A DNA stretch of 64,000 nucleotides, taken from positions 10,077 through 74,076 of the forward strand of contig JAYTHU010000094.1 in NCBI GenBank assembly GCA_043732305.1. Reading direction: 5' to 3'. A model generated the notes under the pieces. It worked only from the letters and a program-made list of their open reading frames with translations. It searched no databases and was not told the origin of the DNA. Origin of the DNA: Oligoflexia bacterium. GTDB taxonomy: Bacteria > Bdellovibrionota > Bdellovibrionia > JABDDW01. Shown here piece by piece: positions 49,137 to 57,659 of this stretch (its first letter is position 1; every line of letters starts with the position of its first letter). The position numbers and the translations under genes were made by a program.

Positions 49137-50446
49137 AATTGTTTGATGGGGGCTTCAGAATAATGTTCCGGAGAAATCACCCTTGGGGTTACAAAAATAA
49201 CCAGTTCAGAATTATTTTCCTTATAGTCTCGACTTTTAAACAACTCGCCAAGCAGTGGTATTGAACTCAAAATTGGGGTGTCTTGTACACCACGCCCAAT
49301 CTCACTTCTAATCAATCCCGAGAGCGCAATCGTTTTCTCCCCACGAATATCAAAGTGTGTTTCGATTCGATTGGTTAAAAATCCCGGAATACCATCAACC
49401 TTATGTGCTTCATCTATCAGACTTACTTCCGTCACAAGTTTAGTGGAAATGCCGCTTTGAGAATCGGCTCGAGGAGTGATATCTAAAATGACTCCGTAGC
49501 GTTTCCAAATCACATTTGCTAATTGCCAGCTCATGAGTTTGATTGGGATTTCTCCACCTGCAACAAAATGAGCCTGTTCGCCACTTCTGCAAATAATTTT
49601 AGGATTGGCGATGACTTTCCCGGCATGCTCTTCCATCTGTGCGTTTAGCTGCAAGTTCATGGGGTTTAAATTTCCCATGAAAGATCCTAAATCCGCAGAC
49701 GGAATAATTGTTCCAGAAAAGCTTTGTGGAAAAGCTAAACCTAAATTTCTAATTTTATTTTTTTTAACTTCGGCAATGGTGATGTCAATTTCGACCATGG
49801 GTTTAAGTTCCACTCGCGATGACTCTTCTGCTGCGGGGAGTCCCCAGTCTTTAGCTATTTCATCTACCATTTTGCGCTCTTTAACATCCTGTGTGGCCGT
49901 GACAAGTTTCAGATGGCCATGATGGGCTTCTACGTTAGTAGAAAATAGAGCTCGAGATTCCAAATCTTTTTCTATAGCCACTTGAACATCTTTGGCCGCG
50001 TTTTCTGAAAGTGTGAGTTCAAGATCGACAATTTGGGGATAAGAATTTTTAGCAGTGGAAAAGGTGATCCAATCGTCTAAAGATTCGCAGGCTCCTTTGA
50101 TAAGAATTTTCTTGGGACTCATTGCTATTTCATATCCGGTTACGCCAGTCAGTGCCGATTCTAAAAACTTCTTTGCGGGTTCAAGTTTGGTTGGATAGAC
50201 AACTACTTTCATGGGAAGTTTTGTACCGGCTTTTAAAAAAGCTTCTCCTGGCTTTTTGCCAATGAGAATGAGATTGGTCTTCTGCCTTTTTAAAATCACA
50301 CTCTGTGCGCTGGTGAGAGACACCTCGACAGATGATTTGTACGGCAGAATTTTCTGTTCCCCAACCATCAGATCAATTTCGGTGGTGGCGGAAGCTTCGT
50401 TTACGATCACTAAAATAAGTAGGAACAAGAATACGATTATTTTCAT
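49118..50446 (-). CDS. cpaC: Tad secretin CpaC/RcpA
   Basis: Signal peptide, LIGKKPGEA N-domain, ANP, AGGEIP, YGVILDITP, IPLLGELFKS, ELVIFVTP. Confidence 0.9.
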   Translation of the reverse strand: MKIIVFLFLLILVIVNEASATTEIDLMVGEQKILPYKSSVEVSLTSAQSVILKRQKTNLILIGKKPGEAFLKAGTKLPMKVVVYPTKLEPAKKFLESALTGVTGYEIAMSPKKILIKGACESLDDWITFSTAKNSYPQIVDLELTLSENAAKDVQVAIEKDLESRALFSTNVEAHHGHLKLVTATQDVKERKMVDEIAKDWGLPAAEESSRVELKPMVEIDITIAEVKKNKIRNLGLAFPQSFSGTIIPSADLGSFMGNLNPMNLQLNAQMEEHAGKVIANPKIICRSGEQAHFVAGGEIPIKLMSWQLANVIWKRYGVILDITPRADSQSGISTKLVTEVSLIDEAHKVDGIPGFLTNRIETHFDIRGEKTIALSGLIRSEIGRGVQDTPILSSIPLLGELFKSRDYKENNSELVIFVTPRVISPEHYSEAPIKQFWKEDF

Positions 50447-50448
50447 GC

Positions 50449-50466
50449 TAGGAGTTCATTGCAAAA
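50449..50466 (-). promoter_or_regulatory. Tad-locus upstream motif (copy 1)
   Basis: Minus strand TTTTGCAATGAACTCCTA, 17/18 identical to 57172-57189. Confidence 0.6.
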
Positions 50467-50559
50467 ATGAAATTGGACTCATGATCAATTGAAGGCGTTA
50501 GGTGGCCGGTCGGACGTCAATTCCGGACGGAGCGGACGTAGCCCGGAAGTTCAAACAAG

Positions 50560-51639
50560 TTACACATCAAAACTCACGGTGGTTTGGTTTTCGGAAGATT
50601 CAATTTTGATCTCTGAACCATGCGCCCGCAAGAGACTTTGGCTGACCGCAAGCCCCAACCCCATGCCCTGCGAGTGATTTAAAATATTTTCATCTAGGTT
50701 AAAAGGTTTTAAAATATGTTCGATCTGACTTTCGCTCAAAGCTGGACCATGATTTGAAATTTCCACTTTTCCTGGCTCTTGCAAACTCACTACGATTTCT
50801 GAACCTTCGTCAGAAAATTTAACGGCATTGTGAATAATTTTTTTCACAACTTTTGCCATGAGCATTTCGTCAATTTCTGCTTTTTCAAAACCCCAATTAA
50901 ATTTCATCCGGAGATTTTTCTTAGTCAACTGATTAATAAAAATCTTTTCCACATTTTCAATCACTAAGCGCAGAGATGATTCTTTTTTTCTAACCGTCAT
51001 CTGGCGCGTCTCTGCTGCGAGCAGATCTAGGACATCAAAAACGATATCGTTCAATCGAGCTAAGCCTTGATTGACTCTTAGAAGATATTTAACATGGTCA
51101 GGATTTTTTAATTCTTCACTCAACAAAGAAAGATAAGACGTCATAGTGGTCAACGGTGTTTTTAATTCGTGGCCAATCAAAATCATGAAATGACTTTTTG
51201 CTTCGTCTAATGTTCGAAGTTCTCGATTAGCTGCTTCTAACTTTTTATTTTTCTCTTTCACTTCCGCGCGCAGATCATAACTTTCGATTGCTTTTTTAAT
51301 GACGATATCGAGTTCCACTGGATCCCAGGGCTTAGTGATATAGCGATAAATCTGGCCATTGTTGATAGCCGCAATTACAGAATCGACATCGGTGTAACCG
51401 GTGAGAAGAATGCGAATGGCATCTGGCTGAACTATTTGAGCCTTTTCAAACATTTGCACGCCTGTCATTTCCGGCATGCGCTGGTCACTTAAAATCAAAT
51501 GTACTTTTTCTTTTTGCAATATTTTTAGCGCTTCGAAGCCGGAAAAAGCTTTGAAGACGGTATAGTCCCTCCGGAACTGACGCTCCAGGGAGTCGACAAT
51601 ATCTTTTTCGTCATCAACGACGAGAATCGCATGCTTCAT
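50560..51639 (-). CDS. Hybrid response-regulator receiver/histidine kinase without sensor domain
   Basis: VVDDE, SDQRMP, KPW receiver; GHELKTPL H-box; NAVKF; GMGLGL. Confidence 0.9.
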   Translation of the reverse strand: MKHAILVVDDEKDIVDSLERQFRRDYTVFKAFSGFEALKILQKEKVHLILSDQRMPEMTGVQMFEKAQIVQPDAIRILLTGYTDVDSVIAAINNGQIYRYITKPWDPVELDIVIKKAIESYDLRAEVKEKNKKLEAANRELRTLDEAKSHFMILIGHELKTPLTTMTSYLSLLSEELKNPDHVKYLLRVNQGLARLNDIVFDVLDLLAAETRQMTVRKKESSLRLVIENVEKIFINQLTKKNLRMKFNWGFEKAEIDEMLMAKVVKKIIHNAVKFSDEGSEIVVSLQEPGKVEISNHGPALSESQIEHILKPFNLDENILNHSQGMGLGLAVSQSLLRAHGSEIKIESSENQTTVSFDV

Positions 51640-51834
51640 ATATTTTCTTTTCGGATAAGTTCTCGAGAGGGTGAAGTTAGGGGGCTGGACCTTGGTTTAG
51701 CAAATGTAAAATCTAGCCCGAGGGCTGGGTGTGGGTTTGGCAATAGGTCATGGTAAATAAATTTTAGTGATTGAAGTTCCGTGACGAAGATACCTCAGTA
51801 AGGGTATACTTTTAGCTGGGGAGTAAGCTAAGAA

Positions 51835-53796
51835 ATGATAAAACTCAATAGTTTCTATACGATGTTAGTTGTAATACTTTTCACCACGAATGCTTGGGCA
51901 CAATTGGTTTCGCCGAGTATTGCTGCAAATCCAAACGAAGGGTTGTGGGGAACAGGTGCTGGTGGCCTCGTACAAACTTGTCAGAACGGTGCTAGCCTAG
52001 CAAAGACAATTGATATCAATGAAGACGATGATGTTCGTGAAGCGCGTGATGCTGGTCGCGAAGCAAAAAGTCACTTAGCAGAATTAAAGACTAAGCTCGC
52101 CGAAATAAAATCGACAAATAAGAATCAAAAAAGTGACCTTCGCCATGCATTTAGTGTTGGAAGTGAAGCTGATTCATTTTTTCAGACCGTGACCGCTTGT
52201 CAGGAAGTTTTCGATGAAGGAAACAATGCAGAGAAGAGAATCGCTGCAGACGACAAGACCTATCCTAAGCAGAGTGATAAAACTAATGCAATATCTGCAG
52301 CTCGAGAAACCGCCATTAATTCTCGATTTACTAATGAAACTGGAGATACAGGCAGCAGTGTTCGTGGAGGAGACAAAATAACTAATTGCAGACAGGCCGT
52401 GTCGCAAGGTGGGGCTCACCCTAGTAAATTTATTGATGCCAAATTACTCTGTGGCGTTCACGATGGACCAGTTGAAAGTGTTTTGGGCGGATCAACTGAC
52501 CAAGTTCACCACTCTAAGACTGATGTTGTAGCCTGTCAAAAATCAGCAAGTGGTTTACTAGAAAATATCGAAGCCGAAAGAGTTGCACAAGGTGAATTTG
52601 ATAAAGCAAAAAAAGACCTCAGCAAACAAACATCAGAAATCTCAAAAACTATTGCGAAGCGTAAACGTGAGTTAGCCAAAGATTACGCTGATGACAAAAA
52701 GCTCGCGAAAGAATTGGGCGAAGATGATTCCGGAATCAATTTCACCGATAGCGCCATGGGCGTTCGTGATTGCAAAGATGGAACCTGCGGTATTGTTCGT
52801 GTTGTTGGCGCTAGCAACAACAACAATGACATGTTCGATAAAATTGGTCCCATCATGTTGGGTGCAACTCTCATCGAAACTTTAGGCAGTGTTTACAACG
52901 CTTCGGCTGGACAAAGAACTTGTAAATCATATGGTTATTGCGCTCCTCAGGGACCCAATTACTGGATGCAGCCTGCACAAACTCTGAACAATGGTATTTC
53001 CAATTACGCGCAGCTGGCTTTGCTGAATCAAAAACTCAACAGTTCGGGTTATGGATATCCAATGTCTGGTATTGGCACTGGAATGGGCAACGGCGCGTTT
53101 AGCTGCGCACAACTTGTCGGGTCATCGATTTACAATCAAGTTGGTCAAAATGGAAATATTCTCGGGCCTTATTCTGCTCAGCAATCACCTTACGCACAAT
53201 TGTTGCAGCAACAGCAAGGCCGTTTCAATCCAATGATGAATGGCCAAGTGGGCGTCATGCCAGTCGGTAACGGACAAATGATGTATAATCAAAATGGCCA
53301 GCTTGCAGCCAACTGCATTCAATTTCCTTGCAACACCAGTGGTCTTGGCAACACACAGGTTTATAATCCTGGAGTGTTTAACGGAAACGGAAACCAGTCT
53401 GGTGGCAATCAGTTCGGCAACAATCAATTTGGCGCTAACGGCGGACTCAACAATTTCAATTCAGGGATTTACGGGCAAAATGCGGGTGGAGTAAATATGG
53501 GTGCTGCCGTTTATGCGGACTCAATGCGTGAAGCTCAACAAGCTCAGTATCTTATGGGTGCTAGCCAGGCGGGCCTTTCATTTGCTCAGCAATCTCAGTA
53601 TTTCGGTGGAAACACCGGCGCCATCAGCAACGGCAATGGTCAAAACCAATTCAATTTGAATTTGAGTTACAATCCTGCCAATTCAAACGGAGCAAGTAGT
53701 CCTTTTGGATCTCAATATGGTTTGCCCACGCTAGGTACCGGTGGAAGCACTTATCTGCCTGGCGTGACCACTGGCGCCTCAGTCTTCGGTAGATAA
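51835..53796 (+). CDS. Large secreted hypothetical protein, Cys-rich N-half, Q/N/G-rich C-half
   Basis: Signal peptide ending AWA-Q; 12 Cys; coiled coil; low-complexity tail. Confidence 0.85.
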   Translation: MIKLNSFYTMLVVILFTTNAWAQLVSPSIAANPNEGLWGTGAGGLVQTCQNGASLAKTIDINEDDDVREARDAGREAKSHLAELKTKLAEIKSTNKNQKSDLRHAFSVGSEADSFFQTVTACQEVFDEGNNAEKRIAADDKTYPKQSDKTNAISAARETAINSRFTNETGDTGSSVRGGDKITNCRQAVSQGGAHPSKFIDAKLLCGVHDGPVESVLGGSTDQVHHSKTDVVACQKSASGLLENIEAERVAQGEFDKAKKDLSKQTSEISKTIAKRKRELAKDYADDKKLAKELGEDDSGINFTDSAMGVRDCKDGTCGIVRVVGASNNNNDMFDKIGPIMLGATLIETLGSVYNASAGQRTCKSYGYCAPQGPNYWMQPAQTLNNGISNYAQLALLNQKLNSSGYGYPMSGIGTGMGNGAFSCAQLVGSSIYNQVGQNGNILGPYSAQQSPYAQLLQQQQGRFNPMMNGQVGVMPVGNGQMMYNQNGQLAANCIQFPCNTSGLGNTQVYNPGVFNGNGNQSGGNQFGNNQFGANGGLNNFNSGIYGQNAGGVNMGAAVYADSMREAQQAQYLMGASQAGLSFAQQSQYFGGNTGAISNGNGQNQFNLNLSYNPANSNGASSPFGSQYGLPTLGTGGSTYLPGVTTGASVFGR

Positions 53797-53815
53797 TTTA
53801 ATCTATAAATTTTAT

Positions 53816-55018
53816 TTAGTACGCTGCCTCAGTCACTCTGTGGCTGGGGTTGGCGTTGTTTGACTGATTTTCGCCCTGTTTAATCGCAACAATCGTCCCA
53901 ATTGTAACAACACTTACTCCCACCCAAAACCACGGGGATCTAGTCAGTTTTGAAAACCAACTATTGCCACGCTTTACTGGGGTAAATTCAGATTTACCTA
54001 CCAAGTCAATTTTTTGCACTAATTTTTCTTCCTTGATAGGAAGTCGTGAAATTTTTGTGACATCTTTCATCAATGCTTTTGGAATGTCTCCGGGAAGAGT
54101 TGGGGTTTCGGCGACGATCATGATTTGTCGGCCCTTGAGATCGAACCAAGAATCCCCGTCGTAAACTCTGAGACATCTGCCATCATCAAACACGGTGACT
54201 AGTCTAGTGTGCGCAGGCAGGAAGAGTTTTTTGTCCACGCTGGGTTGTTCACAGCTTCCAAGCACAAGCGGTTCTGGTTTGAATACGAATGAGATGAAGT
54301 TATCGCGACTGCTGATTCCCGTGATATTTTGGGCTTCGAAGTTTTCCACCTGCCATGAACTTCCTGGAATCAAAACAGCCCATTGATGTTTCCCGGTATA
54401 AACCTTAGTTTTTCCAGAGACTTCAATAAATTTCTGTCCATCTAAGTAAATGAGACTCGAGCGTGGCACTTGAATTTTCAAAGTCAGTTGTGGAAGTTTA
54501 GAGTTTTCGTTTTGAACTGTTCTAAATTTTGCAATTGTTCGCGGAGAAAATATCTCGGGATTCAATTGCGCTCTGGGATCCCAAGCAAATGCTTTTTTCC
54601 AAAATATTTTCTCTTTTACCGAATCTTTGACAAGGGCGTAGAGCTCGGCCGTTTTAATCAAAGCCATAAGTGTGATTTTGCTCAAGCCCGCAATGTTTGG
54701 ATATTTTCTCATCTCCGTGATCGCTGTTTCATATTTTTGAATAGCTGCAGGAAACTCTCCGCGCAAAGATGCTCCATCAGCTGTACTCATGAGCTGCGAA
54801 ATTTCCTCTCTTTTTGCGGGCGGAATAGGGTTTTGCAACTGTATCTCTGGATAAGCATGCGTTTCGTTCTGGGTGAGTTCATCGGGAAGATCTTTGATAA
54901 CTAAATTCAACTTCTCTTTAGGCATTGGATTCACTGGAATTACCCAGACGTCCATGGCTTGAGCCGTCTGAGATATTGAAAATGATAGGAGTATGACATT
55001 TACAATTAGTTTTTTCAT
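53816..55018 (-). CDS. Exported TPR-like/PEGA-like protein with C-terminal membrane anchor
   Basis: Signal peptide ending AQA, helical-repeat region, IYLDG...GKH PEGA-like segment, PWFWVGVSVVTIGTIVAI anchor; last gene of the flp operon. Confidence 0.7.
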   Translation of the reverse strand: MKKLIVNVILLSFSISQTAQAMDVWVIPVNPMPKEKLNLVIKDLPDELTQNETHAYPEIQLQNPIPPAKREEISQLMSTADGASLRGEFPAAIQKYETAITEMRKYPNIAGLSKITLMALIKTAELYALVKDSVKEKIFWKKAFAWDPRAQLNPEIFSPRTIAKFRTVQNENSKLPQLTLKIQVPRSSLIYLDGQKFIEVSGKTKVYTGKHQWAVLIPGSSWQVENFEAQNITGISSRDNFISFVFKPEPLVLGSCEQPSVDKKLFLPAHTRLVTVFDDGRCLRVYDGDSWFDLKGRQIMIVAETPTLPGDIPKALMKDVTKISRLPIKEEKLVQKIDLVGKSEFTPVKRGNSWFSKLTRSPWFWVGVSVVTIGTIVAIKQGENQSNNANPSHRVTEAAY

Positions 55019-55542
55019 AATTCGTCCTCGGTCTGATAAGTCGTTGTGGTGTTTTCTTTTTTAGATAGCGGAAAAAATTCAGTAGCTCCGGCAGTCCCTG
55101 ATCTCAAAGCACCTTTTAATTTTTTGTCTGAGAACAAAGATTGGAGTTGTGAGGACTTATTCTCCGGCACGAATGCTCCAAAAGAAACTTGCTCTTCTTG
55201 GCTTAGTTTTATCACCCGTAAGTTTTTAGCAAGGCAATGACTTTCACCAGTGAAGACATCAATCACTCCAAGCTTAGAGATCAGTGTCGAGAGTTGTTTG
55301 GCATTCGAAAGTTCGAGGGGCACAACCAGCATCCCCCGTGGAATATTCATGGAAAATTCTCCGCCGGCTCCAGTATCAGTATTGGCTTCACTCGGTTTTT
55401 GAAATATCCAGAGTGTGACGAGGCAAGCCATCACCACTGCAATAATGATTTGCGTTCGCTCTTTATTTGTCTTGGCTGCAATAATCCAGCTGTCGATCTT
55501 AGCTTTAACCGCTTTCGGATTTTTAAATTCGTCAAATTTCAT
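55015..55542 (-). CDS. CpaB/RcpC-like Tad protein
   Basis: N-terminal TM, IPRGMLVVPLEL...GVIDVF...AKNLRVI resemble the RcpC C-domain; no obvious SAF domain. Confidence 0.6.
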   Translation of the reverse strand: MKFDEFKNPKAVKAKIDSWIIAAKTNKERTQIIIAVVMACLVTLWIFQKPSEANTDTGAGGEFSMNIPRGMLVVPLELSNAKQLSTLISKLGVIDVFTGESHCLAKNLRVIKLSQEEQVSFGAFVPENKSSQLQSLFSDKKLKGALRSGTAGATEFFPLSKKENTTTTYQTEDEL

Positions 55543-55817
55543 AAAATAATTCCTAGGTTTTTTAGAATATAAATGCTTTTGGGATCGTGCGATTGTTGGA
55601 ATTCTTCTTTTTCTGTTTTGTTCTTAAAGAACACCAGGTTTTTAGAAATCGCCAAATCAAAATCTGCGTCTCTTTTCGGTTTATTGACAAAGTCATGTGC
55701 GAATAACTTTTGAAGACTCAGAGATATTTTAATCCCGGTGCCAATAACAAAAAGTATCACCGCTGTAGCAATCACGAGTTCGATGGTTCCTTGCCCTTTA
55801 GAATTTAATTTCATCAT
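55539..55817 (-). CDS. TadE-like pseudopilin
   Basis: KG|QGTIE prepilin motif plus hydrophobic helix. Confidence 0.65.
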   Translation of the reverse strand: MMKLNSKGQGTIELVIATAVILFVIGTGIKISLSLQKLFAHDFVNKPKRDADFDLAISKNLVFFKNKTEKEEFQQSHDPKSIYILKNLGIIL

Positions 55818-56543
55818 TTAATTGGTCCCCTTTTCGCGTAAACGCGCGACCCATTTTGCTTGAATTTCATCCATCTCTATTTGCCCGAAGCTTGTGAGAC
55901 GCATATCTTTAAAAGCGTTAAAATTTAAAATATCATTTTCGTTTCGCCTTCCAGTGGCTTTCCAGAATCCTAGAAACTTCTCAATTTGAATTTGCGCCTC
56001 AAGCAATAGGGTTTGATCACGTTTAAAATCTTTCTTAAGAACTTTAGGCGCACCTGTTTCATCCTTATAGCCTTCGGCATCTTCTATCTGAAGCGCGGGA
56101 GGTAAAAGGGGCGTGATTATTTTGACTTTGCCTCTATAAAAAAACGGTAAAGGTTCGTGGAATTTCAACATGACTTGTGCTGCAGCTGTGTATTCCAAGG
56201 CTTTCTGTATCCCTCCAATCACTTTTTGCGCGGACTTCAAAATTCTAATTATATTCAAGTACATTGCTGTCAAATTGGGCGTCAGCACACTTGTGAGAAG
56301 GAGTGCTTCAAAAATACGGCGAGATATTATGACCGTACGAGCATATGGGTTCAGAAGTGAAATGTGGTGAATGGCGTCTGCTTGTATTTTAAGAATATCC
56401 AAAACTCTTTCATCAGTTAAATGCTGAACTTTCTGATGAACTAGTGCCGTCATTCCTGAACGAAACGAAATTGCTAATAACAGCAAAACCACTGGCAAAA
56501 GCAAAACTAAGAATATCAAACTTTGCCCGCGTTGATTTCTCAC
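55818..56543 (-). CDS. TadG-like minor pilin
   Basis: RG|QSLIF plus long hydrophobic helix, KVQHLTD segment. Confidence 0.65.
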   Translation of the reverse strand: MRNQRGQSLIFLVLLLPVVLLLLAISFRSGMTALVHQKVQHLTDERVLDILKIQADAIHHISLLNPYARTVIISRRIFEALLLTSVLTPNLTAMYLNIIRILKSAQKVIGGIQKALEYTAAAQVMLKFHEPLPFFYRGKVKIITPLLPPALQIEDAEGYKDETGAPKVLKKDFKRDQTLLLEAQIQIEKFLGFWKATGRRNENDILNFNAFKDMRLTSFGQIEMDEIQAKWVARLREKGTN

Positions 56544-56893
56544 GGACCAACTCTTTTATATTCAGAGGGTTCCAAATCATAGTGAACTTCCATCAGGTGA
56601 TTGTGTAAAAGTCTGGCACTCAGTCTTGTGCTGACAATTCCGCCTGCTATGTGTTCATGAATATCTATTTTCTTGAAAGCGAAATATTTTCGTAGCTCGT
56701 GCCGAGTGCGAGCCTCGCAGAGGCTTTCATCATTTGTGGCAGCTACGCAGCGGGAATTTTGTGCTGCCCATTTGGTAAGCAGCACTTTTCCGAATGCGTT
56801 TAACATCACCGAAGTCCCACCAATACCGACTATCACCAATACTAACAGCACGATTGACGCCTCAATGCTGGCTTGGCCCAGTTGTCGATTCAT
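56540..56893 (-). CDS. TadE-like pseudopilin
   Basis: LG|QASIE prepilin motif; ATG 56893 after GGAGGGGG; two Cys. Confidence 0.7.
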   Translation of the reverse strand: MNRQLGQASIEASIVLLVLVIVGIGGTSVMLNAFGKVLLTKWAAQNSRCVAATNDESLCEARTRHELRKYFAFKKIDIHEHIAGGIVSTRLSARLLHNHLMEVHYDLEPSEYKRVGP

Positions 56894-57155
56894 TCTGTCC
56901 CCCTCCACCACTCGCACTAGCACCGGCATCTTTGAAAAAGTTGTCTAAACTTTTCTTGCCGTAATCGCTGGCATTGAGTGCCTCGATTTTGAGTTCTTTA
57001 TTGTTGCCTTGAAGGGCATTGGTGATGTTGGCAAAGCGTGTGTAAATGGTTTGTCCCAAGCTTCGCACAACGGCAATACTGCCAATAGCGATGATGGCCA
57101 CAATAACTAAGTACTCGACCAGACTTTGACCTGATTGATTTTTTCGAAATTTCAT
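56862..57155 (-). CDS. flp: Flp-family (type IVc/Tad) major pilin
   Basis: SG|QSLVEYLVIVAIIAI Flp motif; ATG 57155 after GGAGG. Confidence 0.9.
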   Translation of the reverse strand: MKFRKNQSGQSLVEYLVIVAIIAIGSIAVVRSLGQTIYTRFANITNALQGNNKELKIEALNASDYGKKSLDNFFKDAGASASGGGGQNESTTGPSQH

Positions 57156-57171
57156 AAATAGACCTCCGTGA

Positions 57172-57189
57172 TAGGAGGTCATTGCAAAA
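57172..57189 (-). promoter_or_regulatory. Tad-locus upstream motif (copy 2)
   Basis: Minus strand TTTTGCAATGACCTCCTA, 17/18 identical to 50449-50466. Confidence 0.6.
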
Positions 57190-57299
57190 GGAAGATCAGC
57201 GTTTAATTGAAATTAGGCGAGTTGGAATGTCCGAGTATCCGTGAGCCGGACATGGTTCGGCCAGCGGACTAAAGAAGTTTTCGGCGAAGAGAGATAGAA

Positions 57300-57527
57300 T
57301 TAGTTTTTAGCGCGAGCTGCAGCGCGGGTAGCTGCCTTTTGAACTTTGCGATGAGCTAGAATGCGTTCGATAATTTCGAGGGATTCTTTTCTGAGATCGT
57401 TGTCATGAACGAAGCGATAAAAGGATTCAACTTCAACCGAAGAGCGGAACTTCTTAGGATTAGCTAGGGTTTCGCTTTGAACAAAATCAATATGTGATCC
57501 GTCTTTTGAAATCTTAACTTTTTCCAT
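57300..57527 (-). CDS. Small hypothetical protein with basic Ala-rich tail
   Basis: GAGGAG RBS; own promoter TTGACC-17-TATATT (57589-57561). Confidence 0.75.
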   Translation of the reverse strand: MEKVKISKDGSHIDFVQSETLANPKKFRSSVEVESFYRFVHDNDLRKESLEIIERILAHRKVQKAATRAAARAKN

Positions 57528-57659
57528 TTCATCTCCTCTGAGGTCTAATCTCTAAGGGGGAATATAGCTGTTCTTAGGCCTTTGGTCAACCGTTTCCGCT
57601 CTTGCCAGCAGGATCGCTTTTAGTTATTAATGAGTCTCAATCAATTTTGAGGAGAATCT

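Noticed and set aside
50505..50550. CGGACG repeats as a mini-CRISPR or REP element
   Set aside because: Units are 6 bp with irregular short spacing and no cas genes are present; treated as candidate regulator sites
57225..57275. GC-rich stretch with GGTTCGG as a possible tRNA
   Set aside because: No cloverleaf, acceptor stem or CCA could be built
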